A stretch of 46,670 nt of DNA from Thermonemataceae bacterium (GTDB lineage Bacteria; Bacteroidota; Bacteroidia; Cytophagales; Thermonemataceae): assembly GCA_036788275.1 (NCBI GenBank), contig DAIQNQ010000004.1, positions 1 to 46,670 on the forward strand. The letters are read 5' to 3'. Both the position numbers and the translations under genes were made by a program. The notes under the pieces were generated by a model, which searched no databases, had not been told where the DNA came from, and saw only the letters and a list, made by a program, of their open reading frames with translations. Within the stretch, counting starts at the first letter, position 1. The number at the start of each line of letters is the position of its first letter. Shown piece after piece: positions 17,401 to 25,140 of this stretch.

Positions 17401-18655
17401 GGGCTGGGATTTTATATTGGGTAGCCAAGACCCCAACATCCGCTTCAGGGCCGAGCAAAATGGCTGGCTGGTGCGCTCCGACAGCAGCTTGGTGCAGAAT
17501 ATGCCTTTTATGCAAAACCTGACTGAAAATTTGGCCATCCAAACGGCCATAGAGCCTTTCAGAGATTTTAAGATACAAGTGGACATGAAGCGACAACGTA
17601 CCGCCGGATTCCAAGAGATATTCCGCTACAACGATACCCTCGATGTGTATGAGTCGCTCAGCCCTGTGCGTACGGGTAGCTATAGTTTGAGTATGATTTC
17701 CTTGGGTACGACCTTCAGAAGCAGCGACAACACAGCCAACTCAGAGACTTTCAGAGAGTTTATTACCTATACCGAGATATTCCGCCGCCGCCTTACCGCC
17801 CAAAACCCTAATGCCTCCGCCGAAAGCCGCTACGACAGTCGTTCGCAAGATGTGCTTATCAGTGCTTTTCTGGCAGCCTATACAGGTCGCGACCCCAATA
17901 CCTCCAGCTTGTCGGCTTTTCCGGCCATTCCCTTGCCCAATTGGCGCTTAGACTATGCGGGCTTGTCGAAAGTGGGATTTCTGAAAGAAATTTTTACGAC
18001 GGTCAATATCACCCATAGCTATGCCTCCGACTACCGTGTGGCCAATTACACCTCTTCGCTTGAATACCGCGACCCAAGCTTGATAGGCCTCAATGTTAAT
18101 GAGCAGCAATACCTCAACCCGAATCTTACTAATTTAGACAGTCTTTTCGTGCCGGTATTCGTAGTAGGGCAAGTGATTCTCTCGGAAAGGCTGGCGCCAC
18201 TCATCGGAATCAATGTACGCACCAAAGACAACCTGACAGTGCGTGTGGATTTCAACAAAAGCCGTGATGTAAGCCTCAGCCTTTTCAATGGACAAATTAC
18301 TGAGATTCGGAGCGATGACATCGTGATTGGCTTGGGCTACTCCAAGAAAAACTTGCGCCTGCCTTTCAAAGACTCTAATCGCCGCAATATCATACTCAAA
18401 AATAACTTGGACTTCCGCTGCGACTTTGCCATCAGAGATACCAAGACCTTCCAACGCAATTTTGACCAAGAGGATGCAATTACAGGAGGTAATCTCAACT
18501 TCCAGCTCAAGCCCAACGTGAGCTACAATGTGGATCAGCGCCTTACGGTACAGGCTTATTTTGAGCGCAATATCAATACGCCGGCTATCTCCAGCTCTTT
18601 CCCACGTACCAATACGGCAGTGGGCTTTCAGGTGCGCTACAACCTTTCTCAATAG
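11462..18655 (+). CDS. sprA: Type IX secretion system translocon / gliding motility protein SprA (Sov)
   Basis: A 2397-aa single ORF with an N-terminal hydrophobic signal-like segment and beta-rich composition throughout. Size and context (immediately after ruvA) fit SprA. No in-frame ATG occurs until about residue 115, so the start is taken as TTG 11462, directly after stop 11456-11458. Confidence 0.9.
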   Translation: MFQTNLHTLLFGSLLLSLGAWFLADKPHITYHYQHYLRDTGDEDSLRKLKYRPNRFSTYNFGDRYGNPFSTKPTKSALKIAPSNLKKEIRVDSSLQNYTIEEKIGDFDYRPPSLMSYEELNNYRQRQIIRDYWRNAGAGVGEETSTSAAKGIVPRIPVNNRLFGLIFGGDYVEFKPTGFVNLDLAYRRQNVANPAIPAARQRNGVFDFDPHANINLVGQVGDKLRITTAFDTKASFDFENNFRVEYTGYPEEIIQKIEFGNINFPLPTSLITGSQNLFGARTELKFGKLRVNSVFSQQRASRDQVVIQGGGAQLRKFEVRATDYEENKHFFLSQFHRNAYEPALRTLPVVNSGVFVTRVEVYVTNRTNNTQTLRNVVGFMDLGEAQPHKPANPFVGTGAPNAPASNQANALFGNLRDNAPFRNAETVSNAAIAQNLRRGEDFEVLRGARRLEPNEYVFHQQLGYISLNTALRNDEILAVAYEYTLNGQVFRVGELSDDYLNRPQEEVVFLKMLRPSTIRTDLPMWNLMMKNIYPLGATQVTQSNFQLRIVYRDDITGVDNPALQEGANTRNIQLLRIFGLDQLNPRGDRQIDSQGRSIGDGNFDFVEGLTINTANGRVIFPVLEPFGSFLRTQFNPNTEQALINKYVFQELYTGTRNDAQNNFANKNKFFVKGQLEGASGNSAFLPGINVPEGSVIVRAGGIQLTEGQDYVVNYSTGQVNITNEAILASGKEITIDYEKADFFNVQPRTFLGTRFDYAVDKDINIGATWMTLRERPVLTRVNIGSEALNNTMLGVDVALKKDSRFLTRMVDAIPFIQTKEKSTITFNAEAAQLIPDAAALSGAVSFIDDFEGARTPFDLTRTANLRWKLGSTPPLISEFNPGNPLDFNYRRALLAWYNVDNTFYRTGVNGRPNNINENDLRNHYMRPVIPQEIFRNRQFDNIATNETTFDLAFFPEERGPYNYNPNLLPDGRLPNPQANFGAITRAITTEVDFDNANIEFLEFWMLDPFIEGERGRVIVDGENGVNNTTGGDLYFQLGSVSEDIMRDSRHFFENGLPISPEGQSDQTAWGNVPRQQYINNAFDNSPGARPLQDVGLDGLNDADETSFFADYINSVTPAARESILNDPSADNFQFYFGADLDARNAKIIERYKYYNNTQNNSPENTGGAFTPSGTNLPDNEDLNGDNTLNELEEYYQYRISLRRQDLVVGRNYIVDKVQVTDNNITQGDDVNWYLFRIPIRQFDSKVGNIDGFKSIRFARMVMTNFQQPVVARLAQFQFVSSQWRRFLGNLSSSNFQLPTEPNDPGFTVSVVNLEENSAITSDGAIPYDLPPGVVRDRDIASINNRELNEQAIQVCVEGLQDKDARAIFKNTNLNLRFYKRLRMFVHANSSDARDGEMSAIIRLGTDFTENYYEIEIPLNLTRQQDVVNTGNRDARRRIIWPLENELDIAIEDIIDTKVERNRIRGLSNLFIPYSRSVGQYRVTVVGNPDLSAALVVMLGVRNPNIPNDDALPKSACVWFNELRATEFDQTNGYAATARLNVQLADFANITATGSIRTFGFGGLNTRIAEREVATTKQYEVQGTFALDKFLPQKAGLRVPMFVSYQRRNISPEFDPLDPDVRLDRSVDKFDDEGQRDRYLQLVEENETRRSINFTNVRKIKTSQGPSRFYDISNFGFNWAYSDIERSDIGTAQFLQQNWKTGLTYTYTSQVKPWEPFKNSKSKLLNSPWLRLIKDFNLNFVPTSITIRGDLDRTFTRTELRSGQFAGESFEPFFEKYFLFNRSYDLQWNITKGLSLNYAATANSIIDEPAGEINTQASRDSVRINLLRLGRMQNFRQNVNVNYKVPFDKFPLTDWLSTDLGYRVDYQWTAASFGLADILGNTISNAREQNLRGRLDLVKLYNKVSFLKKVNDVKPAQPARPNPRDTAKVKKSELKVLQGAARVLMMVRSINVTYSLQEGTRLPGFAPSAKYMGFDQAFNAPGWDFILGSQDPNIRFRAEQNGWLVRSDSSLVQNMPFMQNLTENLAIQTAIEPFRDFKIQVDMKRQRTAGFQEIFRYNDTLDVYESLSPVRTGSYSLSMISLGTTFRSSDNTANSETFREFITYTEIFRRRLTAQNPNASAESRYDSRSQDVLISAFLAAYTGRDPNTSSLSAFPAIPLPNWRLDYAGLSKVGFLKEIFTTVNITHSYASDYRVANYTSSLEYRDPSLIGLNVNEQQYLNPNLTNLDSLFVPVFVVGQVILSERLAPLIGINVRTKDNLTVRVDFNKSRDVSLSLFNGQITEIRSDDIVIGLGYSKKNLRLPFKDSNRRNIILKNNLDFRCDFAIRDTKTFQRNFDQEDAITGGNLNFQLKPNVSYNVDQRLTVQAYFERNINTPAISSSFPRTNTAVGFQVRYNLSQ

Positions 18656-18714
18656 AAAAGGGTTATGGTGAAGGACTTCAATGATTTTTAGTCATTTTTT
18701 CATCATTTATCACC

Positions 18715-19614
18715 ATGCCCAGCATCCAATCCTACATCGTCAATGCCTATCTGCGTTGGCAGAAGTACAAAAATCGTCACAAAACTTTCTCCGTAGAGGG
18801 CGCACGCCGCCGTTTCGACCGCATCGGCAGGCTCATTCCCTTAGCGCCCGAAGTGCAGCGCAGCGCCACAGGAGCTAATGGGATTCGTATTGAATATTTC
18901 AATCCGCCCACAATCACCCAAAAGCATACCTTGCTGTATCTGCATGGCGGCGGCTATGTGGTAGGTAGTATGCGTAGCTACGAAGGCTTGCTATCCAAAA
19001 TAGCCCTTGTAGTGGGTTGTCAAGTGGCGGCTTTTGAATATGCCAAAGCACCGGAGCGCCCTTTCCCCTCGGCTTTGAGCGAGAGCCTGCTGGTATATGA
19101 ATGGCTACTCAAGCAAGGCAAAGCACCGGGGGAAATCGTATTGATGGGCGACTCGGCAGGCGGTGGACTTTGCTTGGCATTGCTACAAAAGCTGCGGGAA
19201 GAAGGTCTGCCGATGCCCGCAGGATTAGTGTTGATTGCGCCTTGGGCCGACCTTACCCTCCAAGCACCTTCTATTACTCAAAAAGCCAAACAAGACCATA
19301 TCGTAACCCGCGAATATTTGGACATTGTACGAAAGCTGTATGTACCCGACCTCCAAATGCTGGAACATCCGCTGGTATCGCCGCTTTATGCCAATTTTGA
19401 GGGCTTTCCGCCTACGATTATCCAAGTGGGCACCAATGACCTTCTTTACGATGACAGCATACTGCTGGAAGAAAAAATGAAGGCGGCAGGGGTAGCGGTA
19501 GATTTGGAAGTGTGGGAAAATATGCCACACGTATGGCATGTAATCGGCGATAGACTTCCTGAAGCGGGAAAAGCGCTCCAAAAAATTGCAGATTTTGTTA
19601 GAAAAATGGCCTAA
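18715..19614 (+). CDS. Alpha/beta hydrolase, hormone-sensitive-lipase-like esterase (family IV)
   Basis: HGGGY oxyanion motif and GDSAGG nucleophile elbow. 299 aa. Confidence 0.9.
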   Translation: MPSIQSYIVNAYLRWQKYKNRHKTFSVEGARRRFDRIGRLIPLAPEVQRSATGANGIRIEYFNPPTITQKHTLLYLHGGGYVVGSMRSYEGLLSKIALVVGCQVAAFEYAKAPERPFPSALSESLLVYEWLLKQGKAPGEIVLMGDSAGGGLCLALLQKLREEGLPMPAGLVLIAPWADLTLQAPSITQKAKQDHIVTREYLDIVRKLYVPDLQMLEHPLVSPLYANFEGFPPTIIQVGTNDLLYDDSILLEEKMKAAGVAVDLEVWENMPHVWHVIGDRLPEAGKALQKIADFVRKMA

Positions 19615-19717
19615 AAAATGAAAAAGAAAACAATTTTCTGAGGAGAGACTTTTATTTCTCAGCAATATTCTTTTTTTTTGTGCTATCAAACACATTCGCA
19701 TCTAAACGCTTACATAT

Positions 19718-19852
19718 ATGCTTCCTGAATTTCACGACATTAAGGCTACCGAAACCGTTGCCTATATCTTTTTCGTACTGCTTTTCGCCGTTTCCTTTGG
19801 CGTAGGTTTTTGGTTGCGTAACCACGAAAAGAAGCGTACCGCAGGAAAATAA
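19718..19852 (+). CDS. Small single-pass membrane protein, 44 aa (absent from the ORF track because it is under 60 aa)
   Basis: ATG 19718 to TAA 19850-19852 translates to MLPEFHDIKATETVAYIFFVLLFAVSFGVGFWLRNHEKKRTAGK. This has one hydrophobic helix followed by a basic tail, and a 15-bp-stem hairpin follows 15 nt after the stop. Confidence 0.5.
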   Translation: MLPEFHDIKATETVAYIFFVLLFAVSFGVGFWLRNHEKKRTAGK

Positions 19853-19867
19853 GCGCCTCTCAAGGCC

Positions 19868-19906
19868 CACAAGAAGGTTTTTCAAGCTCTGAAAAACCTT
19901 CTTGTG
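19868..19906 (+). terminator. Strong stem-loop after the 44-aa ORF
   Basis: Perfect 15-bp stem CACAAGAAGGTTTTT / AAAAACCTTCTTGTG with a 9-nt loop, followed by TTAT. Confidence 0.55.
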
Positions 19907-19955
19907 TTATAAAGCAAAAGCTTTGTTTTCTGATGATTTTCTAATACAACTTCCT

Positions 19956-20636
19956 ATGGCACAGCTTTCTGCCCCTATCATTGCTCCTTCGCTCTTGGCT
20001 GCCGACTTTGGCAACCTCCAAAGAGATGTAGAAATGCTCAACAAGAGCCAAGCCGATTGGCTGCACATTGATATTATGGATGGGGTTTTTGTACCCAACC
20101 TCTCTTTTGGGTTGCCCGTATGCGAGGCCATTCAACGGCACGCACGCAAGCCTATGGATGTACATCTGATGATTGTGCAGCCGGAACGCTATCTGGCCGA
20201 TTTTAAGCAAGCGGGTGCTGATGTGCTTACCGTACACTATGAAGCTTGCCCGCATTTGCACCGCACGCTCCAGCAAATCAAGGATTTAGGCTGCCAAGCC
20301 GGTGTGGCGCTGAATCCGCACAGCCCGGTGCACCTCTTAGAAAATTTGATACAAGATATAGACTTGGTATGCTTGATGTCGGTAAACCCGGGCTTTGGAG
20401 GGCAACGCTTCATCGAAAAAACCTATGACAAAGTATATCAGCTTCGGCAGATGATTCAGGCGGCAGGCGCAAGTACGCTGATTGAAATAGATGGGGGAGT
20501 AAACAGCCAAAATGCAGCACTGCTCTGGCAAGCGGGTGCCGATGTACTCGTGGCGGGCAGTTTCGTGTTCAAGTCCGAAGCCCCTGCTGCCACCATCGCC
20601 GCACTCAAAGCTTTGCCCGGTACTTCGGTGGCCTAA
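19956..20636 (+). CDS. rpe: Ribulose-phosphate 3-epimerase
   Basis: APSLLAADF and HIDIMDGVFVPNLSFG motifs. Start set at ATG 19956 (MAQLSAPIIAPS). Confidence 0.95.
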   Translation: MAQLSAPIIAPSLLAADFGNLQRDVEMLNKSQADWLHIDIMDGVFVPNLSFGLPVCEAIQRHARKPMDVHLMIVQPERYLADFKQAGADVLTVHYEACPHLHRTLQQIKDLGCQAGVALNPHSPVHLLENLIQDIDLVCLMSVNPGFGGQRFIEKTYDKVYQLRQMIQAAGASTLIEIDGGVNSQNAALLWQAGADVLVAGSFVFKSEAPAATIAALKALPGTSVA

Positions 20637-20728
20637 GTGCCGCTTTCGGCTTTGTGCGCACAGTTTATGGTTGGGAACTTTTATTTTCCAAAGAAAATCA
20701 TTAAAATTGTGGCCTAAAATTCAAAGCA

Positions 20729-21328
20729 ATGAGCGCAAAGTTTGAAGCAAGCAGCACCAGCTACAAAGGCTGTCCCAAAACACAAAAGCCGGAGTATGCC
20801 TTTATTGGCCGCTCCAATGTGGGGAAGTCTTCGCTGATTAACATGCTGGCGGGGAGCAAAAACTTGGCAAAAACCTCTCAAACCCCCGGCAAAACCCAGC
20901 TCATCAACCATTTTCTTTTTGATGAGTCTTGGTATCTGGTGGACTTGCCCGGCTACGGCTTTGCCAAGGTCAGCAAGCAAGAGAAGGAGTCTTGGCACAA
21001 GATGATTAAAAACTACCTGCAACACCGCGAAAACCTGCTCAATACTTTTGTACTGATAGATATCCGCTTGGAGCCACAAGCCATTGACTTGGAGTTTTTC
21101 GAGTGGATGGGTACACAGCAGTTGCCATTTGCCATTGTATTTACCAAAACAGACAAGCTCAGCAGTACGCAGCTCCAGAAAAACCTTCAACAATACACCC
21201 AAGAAATGCTCAAAACTTGGGAAGAACTCCCCGACTATTTCCTTAGTTCTGCCATCAAACACTTAGGCAGAGAAGAAATACTCTCTTACATCAAAGCAAT
21301 CAATGAGGCCTACGCCAAACAATTATAA
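20729..21328 (+). CDS. engB: Ribosome biogenesis GTP-binding protein EngB/YihA/YsxC
   Basis: G1 [13 protein letters not shown]3 DLPGYGFA, G4 TKTDK. Confidence 0.93.
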   Translation: MSAKFEASSTSYKGCPKTQKPEYAFIGRSNVGKSSLINMLAGSKNLAKTSQTPGKTQLINHFLFDESWYLVDLPGYGFAKVSKQEKESWHKMIKNYLQHRENLLNTFVLIDIRLEPQAIDLEFFEWMGTQQLPFAIVFTKTDKLSSTQLQKNLQQYTQEMLKTWEELPDYFLSSAIKHLGREEILSYIKAINEAYAKQL

Positions 21329-21372
21329 AACAACATTGATGTACCCGTAACCCAAAATTTTAAACAAAGCGC

Positions 21373-22032
21373 ATGGAATTAAAAGAAATCGCCGCTATTT
21401 CCGGCAAAGGGGGTCTGTTCCGAATCCTGAAGCCTACCCGCAACGGGGTAATTGTAGAATCTTTGGACAGCCAAAAGAAGAAGCTTGCCGTAAGCGCTTC
21501 CAGCAAAGTATCCGTACTGAAAGAAATCTCTATCTACACTACCGACAAAGAAGGTGCCTTGGCCTTGGAGGAAGTTTTGTTCAGAATTTTTGAAAAATAC
21601 CAACTGACTTTGCCCATAGAGTCTAAGGCGGAATCTGCCGCTCTGATGGCTTTTATTGGCGAAATTGTACCTGAATATGATATTGACAAGGTCTATCCTT
21701 CTGATATTAAAAAGCTGGTAGCTTGGTACGCTATTCTGGCACAGCAAGCCCCTGCTCTGCTCGACAGAGCGCAGGCGCAAAATACAACTGAAGAAGTCCC
21801 CGCACAAGAAGAGGTAAAAGCTGAAAGCAAGGAAGAAAAGCCCAAAAAAGCTGCTGCCAAGGCCAAAAAAGCTGAGAGCGAAAGTGCCGAAGCTGAGGTA
21901 AAGGCGGAAAAGCCTAAAAAAGCGCCTGCCAAAGCCAAAAAAACTGAAGAAGTGAGCGGCGAGACTACTGCCGAAGAAAAGCCAAAAGCCAAAAAAGCGC
22001 CAGCTAAGAAAAAGAAAGAGGAAGGCGAATAA
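21373..22032 (+). CDS. DUF5606-like protein with a Lys/Ala-rich histone-H1-like C-terminal tail
   Basis: The N-terminus MELKEIAAISGKGGLFRILKPTRNGVIVESLD resembles the Bacteroidota DUF5606 family as I recall it. The C-terminal 70 aa are EKPKKAxAKAKK-type repeats. Confidence 0.75.
   Translation: MELKEIAAISGKGGLFRILKPTRNGVIVESLDSQKKKLAVSASSKVSVLKEISIYTTDKEGALALEEVLFRIFEKYQLTLPIESKAESAALMAFIGEIVPEYDIDKVYPSDIKKLVAWYAILAQQAPALLDRAQAQNTTEEVPAQEEVKAESKEEKPKKAAAKAKKAESESAEAEVKAEKPKKAPAKAKKTEEVSGETTAEEKPKAKKAPAKKKKEEGE
21835..22020 (+). repeat. Three imperfect tandem coding repeats (periods 72 and 69 nt) encoding the K/A/E-rich tail
   Basis: GAAAAGCC-initiated units start at 21835, 21907 and 21976. 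They encode EKPKKAAAKAKKAESESAEAEVKA, EKPKKAPAKAKKTEEVSGETTAE and EKPKAKKAPAKKKKEE. Confidence 0.7.
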
Positions 22033-22056
22033 GACTTCTTCTGTGCCAATACACAC

Positions 22057-22091
22057 AATGCCTGCAAATGAGGAATCATTTTGCAGGCATT
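22057..22091. terminator. Bidirectional terminator hairpin between convergent genes
   Basis: 12-bp stem AATGCCTGCAAA / TTTGCAGGCATT with an 11-nt loop, followed by a T-run on the plus strand. Confidence 0.6.
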
Positions 22092-22127
22092 TTTACGTTA
22101 AATCAGCCTGAAATTTTATAAGATACT

Positions 22128-24449
22128 TCACTCTTGAAGCACCCGTATCTTGATATTGGTATTGCGGCCTTTGTCATCGCTGCAAGAGATTTTCACCAAG
22201 CCTTTTTCCGGCAAAAAGAAGAGGGGCTTTTGGGCATCGGCCTCTTGATAAAAGCGGTCGTTGATGTACCAATACACTTTTTTTACATCATTTTCTGTTT
22301 GGCAAGCCAGCATCAGCTCCGTAGGCGAGGCAAAATCTATCAGGTACTCTTTGCCTGCGGTGGGCGAGGTGATTTTGGGTGCCCCTTCTTGCGCCACCAC
22401 TTTGCAGTCGGGAAAATGCGGAGGCATACGCCGATAGGCAATATTTCTACTTTCATAAAATGCTATCAAGTCTGCTCCCAAATTAGGATATTGCTCTACA
22501 CGGTAGCCGCTGGCAGGCGCACAGGATGCACAATAAGTGTATCGTCCGTCTTCAGATACCTTCAGGCTCTTGAGGTGTTCGCAGGTGTGTGTGGCAGAGC
22601 GCAGCGGCAGGTAGAAATCGAGTACTTGGTCTTCGCAATCGGTACCGGGAGGCAGACCGCTTTCAGCACATACCAAGCGATGCTGCATTTCTTTGGGAGT
22701 AGGCCACCAAAGCGCTTCGGCTTGTACTTCTACTGTTTTGAAAAGCTCAAAGAGCAAGGGAGTGGCTACTTCAGCACCTGTAAGTTCGGGTACACCCTTG
22801 CCCGAAAAGTTGCCCAACCATACTCCAATGGTATATTGGCGATGGTAGCCGATGCTCCAAGCATCTCTGCGCCCATAAGAAGTGCCTGTTTTCCAAGCGA
22901 TTTTGGGCAGATTGCGTGCATATTGATAGGCCTTGGGCAAGTCGGGACGGCTGGCAAGTGCCAGCACCTCGGTAATGCTGTGTGCCGTGGCTTCGCTTAG
23001 TATCTGCTTGGCAGCGGGCAGCGGCGCTTGGTGCAGGTATTGCAAAGGCCAATATTGCCCTCGGTTGGCCAGCATGGCAAAGAGGCCGCCCAACTCCTCT
23101 AAGCTTACGCCACAACCGCCGAGAATCATCGAAAGACCAATTCTTTGTTTTTGTTTTTGAAGATGCTTGAAATCCATCTCGATGAGCGTATTGACAAATT
23201 TCTCCACCGAAAGTAGCTCCAAGGCCTTTACCGCCGGAATATTGAGCGATTGTGCCAGCGCTTTTTCTACGCTTACTTTTCCACTAAAATCTTTGTGAAA
23301 ATTGTCGGGCTGGTAGCCGTTCCAGTCCGTGGGCACATCGTGGAGAATAAACTTGGGAGTCATTGTTCCTTCTTCAAAGCAGAGGGCATACACCAAGGGC
23401 TTGAGCGTGCTGCCCGGCGAGCGCAAGGCTTTTACGCCATCTACCTGTCCGGCGAGTTGTGCATCTGCAAAATCGGGCGAGCCTACATAAGCCTCCACTT
23501 GCAGTGTGGCATTGTTGATAAGCAGCACGGCGGCATGGTGGATGCCATATATTTTTTGTCGCTGCACATAGTTATATACCAGCTGCTCTACTTTGAGTTG
23601 CAAGGGCTTGCGCAAGCTGCTGCGTAGGTTGGGCTGCTGCGGATATTCCTGCTGCAAGCGCCTTGCTAAATGGGGCGCTACTTGTGGCAAGGTATAGCGG
23701 CGGCTGGGCAAGGGCTCACGCAGGGCATTTTTGATAGATTCTTCGTCAAAAATACCCTCTTCGGCAAAGCGCCTGAGCCAGCGGTTGCGTTGGCGGAGTA
23801 TTTCGGAAGCGTGCCGACCCATGACCAAGCTGTTGGGGCGGTTGGGAATGAGCGCCAGCGTAGTTGCTTCTGCAATGCTGAGTTGGAGGGGGAGCTTATC
23901 AAAATAAAAAAGTGAGGCCGCCTTGATGCCCTCTACATTGCCTCCGTAGGGCACTAAATTGAGATACATCTGCAAGATTTCGCGCTTAGAATAATGCCAT
24001 TCGAGCTGCAAAGCCCGCCACATCTCTATAAGCTTATTGCTATAGGTGCGCTCTTTGGGAGCCAGCAGGCGGGCTACTTGCATGGTAATGGTAGAAGCCC
24101 CCGAAGTGCGCTTGCCTTGGCGCAGGTTGTTGTACACCGCGCGCAGCAAGGCCAAAGGGTTGATACCGAAATGATAATAGAAATATTTGTCTTCTTTTTG
24201 GATGATGGCTTTGCGCAGCGTGGGGCTTATCTCTTCCAACTCCGTTTTAAAGCGCCACTTGTCGTCTATGGCCAAAAATGCGTGCAACACCTCGCCCTCG
24301 CGGTCTAAAACCAAAGAGGCATAGGGAACTTGACTTTGTAAGGGAAAAATTACATCTAACAGAAAGAAAAGCAGAAATGCAGAAAATACGCTTACAATAG
24401 AATAATACAGAGAAGGATATTGCTTCGCCAAGTGTTTTTGGAGCGACAT
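22128..24449 (-). CDS. pbpC: Penicillin-binding protein 1C (bifunctional glycosyltransferase/transpeptidase)
   Basis: GT51 motif RTSGASTITMQVARLL, transpeptidase SxxK (SPGSTLKP) and KTGTS. A PBP1C-type C-terminal beta domain is present. 773 aa. Confidence 0.9.
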   Translation of the reverse strand: MSLQKHLAKQYPSLYYSIVSVFSAFLLFFLLDVIFPLQSQVPYASLVLDREGEVLHAFLAIDDKWRFKTELEEISPTLRKAIIQKEDKYFYYHFGINPLALLRAVYNNLRQGKRTSGASTITMQVARLLAPKERTYSNKLIEMWRALQLEWHYSKREILQMYLNLVPYGGNVEGIKAASLFYFDKLPLQLSIAEATTLALIPNRPNSLVMGRHASEILRQRNRWLRRFAEEGIFDEESIKNALREPLPSRRYTLPQVAPHLARRLQQEYPQQPNLRSSLRKPLQLKVEQLVYNYVQRQKIYGIHHAAVLLINNATLQVEAYVGSPDFADAQLAGQVDGVKALRSPGSTLKPLVYALCFEEGTMTPKFILHDVPTDWNGYQPDNFHKDFSGKVSVEKALAQSLNIPAVKALELLSVEKFVNTLIEMDFKHLQKQKQRIGLSMILGGCGVSLEELGGLFAMLANRGQYWPLQYLHQAPLPAAKQILSEATAHSITEVLALASRPDLPKAYQYARNLPKIAWKTGTSYGRRDAWSIGYHRQYTIGVWLGNFSGKGVPELTGAEVATPLLFELFKTVEVQAEALWWPTPKEMQHRLVCAESGLPPGTDCEDQVLDFYLPLRSATHTCEHLKSLKVSEDGRYTYCASCAPASGYRVEQYPNLGADLIAFYESRNIAYRRMPPHFPDCKVVAQEGAPKITSPTAGKEYLIDFASPTELMLACQTENDVKKVYWYINDRFYQEADAQKPLFFLPEKGLVKISCSDDKGRNTNIKIRVLQE

Positions 24450-24570
24450 AGGTAATGCCGATTAGGGAATTTATTAATTTAAAAGAAAAGAATACAGTGG
24501 CTTAGATGATTCCTTACACCTGTTTAGGAAGCCGACGAAGGTGCTCATTTCTATTTGCGAATATATAAAA

Positions 24571-24578
24571 TATCTTTG
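24571..24578 (+). promoter_or_regulatory. Bacteroidota -7 promoter box TATCTTTG
   Basis: Exact TAnnTTTG 32 nt upstream of ATG 24610. A TTTG at 24554-24557 is a possible -33 element, although the spacing is shorter than consensus. Confidence 0.4.
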
Positions 24579-24609
24579 TTACGTAAATCAACTTAAAAGG
24601 TTCTGCCCA

Positions 24610-25068
24610 ATGAAAACTTTTTTCTTCACCGCTCTTCTTAGCTTTTTGTACTTTGCACAAGCCTTGGCACACAGCCCTGTGGCTCCTCAGCCTTTTGGTG
24701 CTCCTTTGGCCTATCAACAAAGTTTTGTGGCCATTCCCAACTACTTGGGGCAGCCTTTTTTGTTTTCTGAAATGGTAGCTAACCTCGAAAAAGATACGCG
24801 CGAAGTATTTTTATATATCAGTTATGATGGCAGCACTTGGGAAAAAGCCGACAGTGAGGCTTTTGAAGAGCTGCACAGAAGCTCCTATCAAAATACACAG
24901 TTGCATTTGGAAATAGGTGATTTGGAAAAAATTTTGCAAAAAATCAAGGGTGAAGGCCAACTGCACCTGAAAGTTACTTACCAAAAGGGCGACTTAGAGT
25001 ACCTGCTCAGTGTATCTTCGGTAGCCAAAAAAACCCTGCAAAATCTCTATAAAGAAGGCAAAAGATAA
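24610..25068 (+). CDS. Secreted hypothetical protein, 152 aa
   Basis: Signal peptide MKTFFFTALLSFLYFAQALA. No recognisable family. Start moved from the ORF-track 24541 to the ATG preceding the signal peptide. Confidence 0.7.
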   Translation: MKTFFFTALLSFLYFAQALAHSPVAPQPFGAPLAYQQSFVAIPNYLGQPFLFSEMVANLEKDTREVFLYISYDGSTWEKADSEAFEELHRSSYQNTQLHLEIGDLEKILQKIKGEGQLHLKVTYQKGDLEYLLSVSSVAKKTLQNLYKEGKR

Positions 25069-25101
25069 GTGAATAACGGTTTAATTTGAAGATTTACAAG
25101 G

Positions 25102-25130
25102 AAAGACCTGTCCTATTGAGGCAGGTCTTT
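25102..25130. terminator. Bidirectional terminator hairpin between convergent genes
   Basis: 9-bp stem AAAGACCTG / CAGGTCTTT with an 11-nt loop, followed by TTG. Confidence 0.55.
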
Positions 25131-25140
25131 TTGTTGGGGC

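Noticed and set aside
19652-19885. 77-aa minus-strand ORF between the esterase gene and rpe
   Set aside because: It has no motif, signal or TM feature. The opposite strand has a better-formed 44-aa membrane ORF followed by a 15-bp-stem hairpin, which would fall inside this ORF.
22128-24449. Expected pbpC and alpha-2-macroglobulin (yfhM) gene pair
   Set aside because: I looked for a large A2M-like ORF next to pbpC. There is none: the flanks are a convergent DUF5606-like gene and a divergent 152-aa secreted protein. Absence of the partner inside one window is not informative enough to report as a finding.
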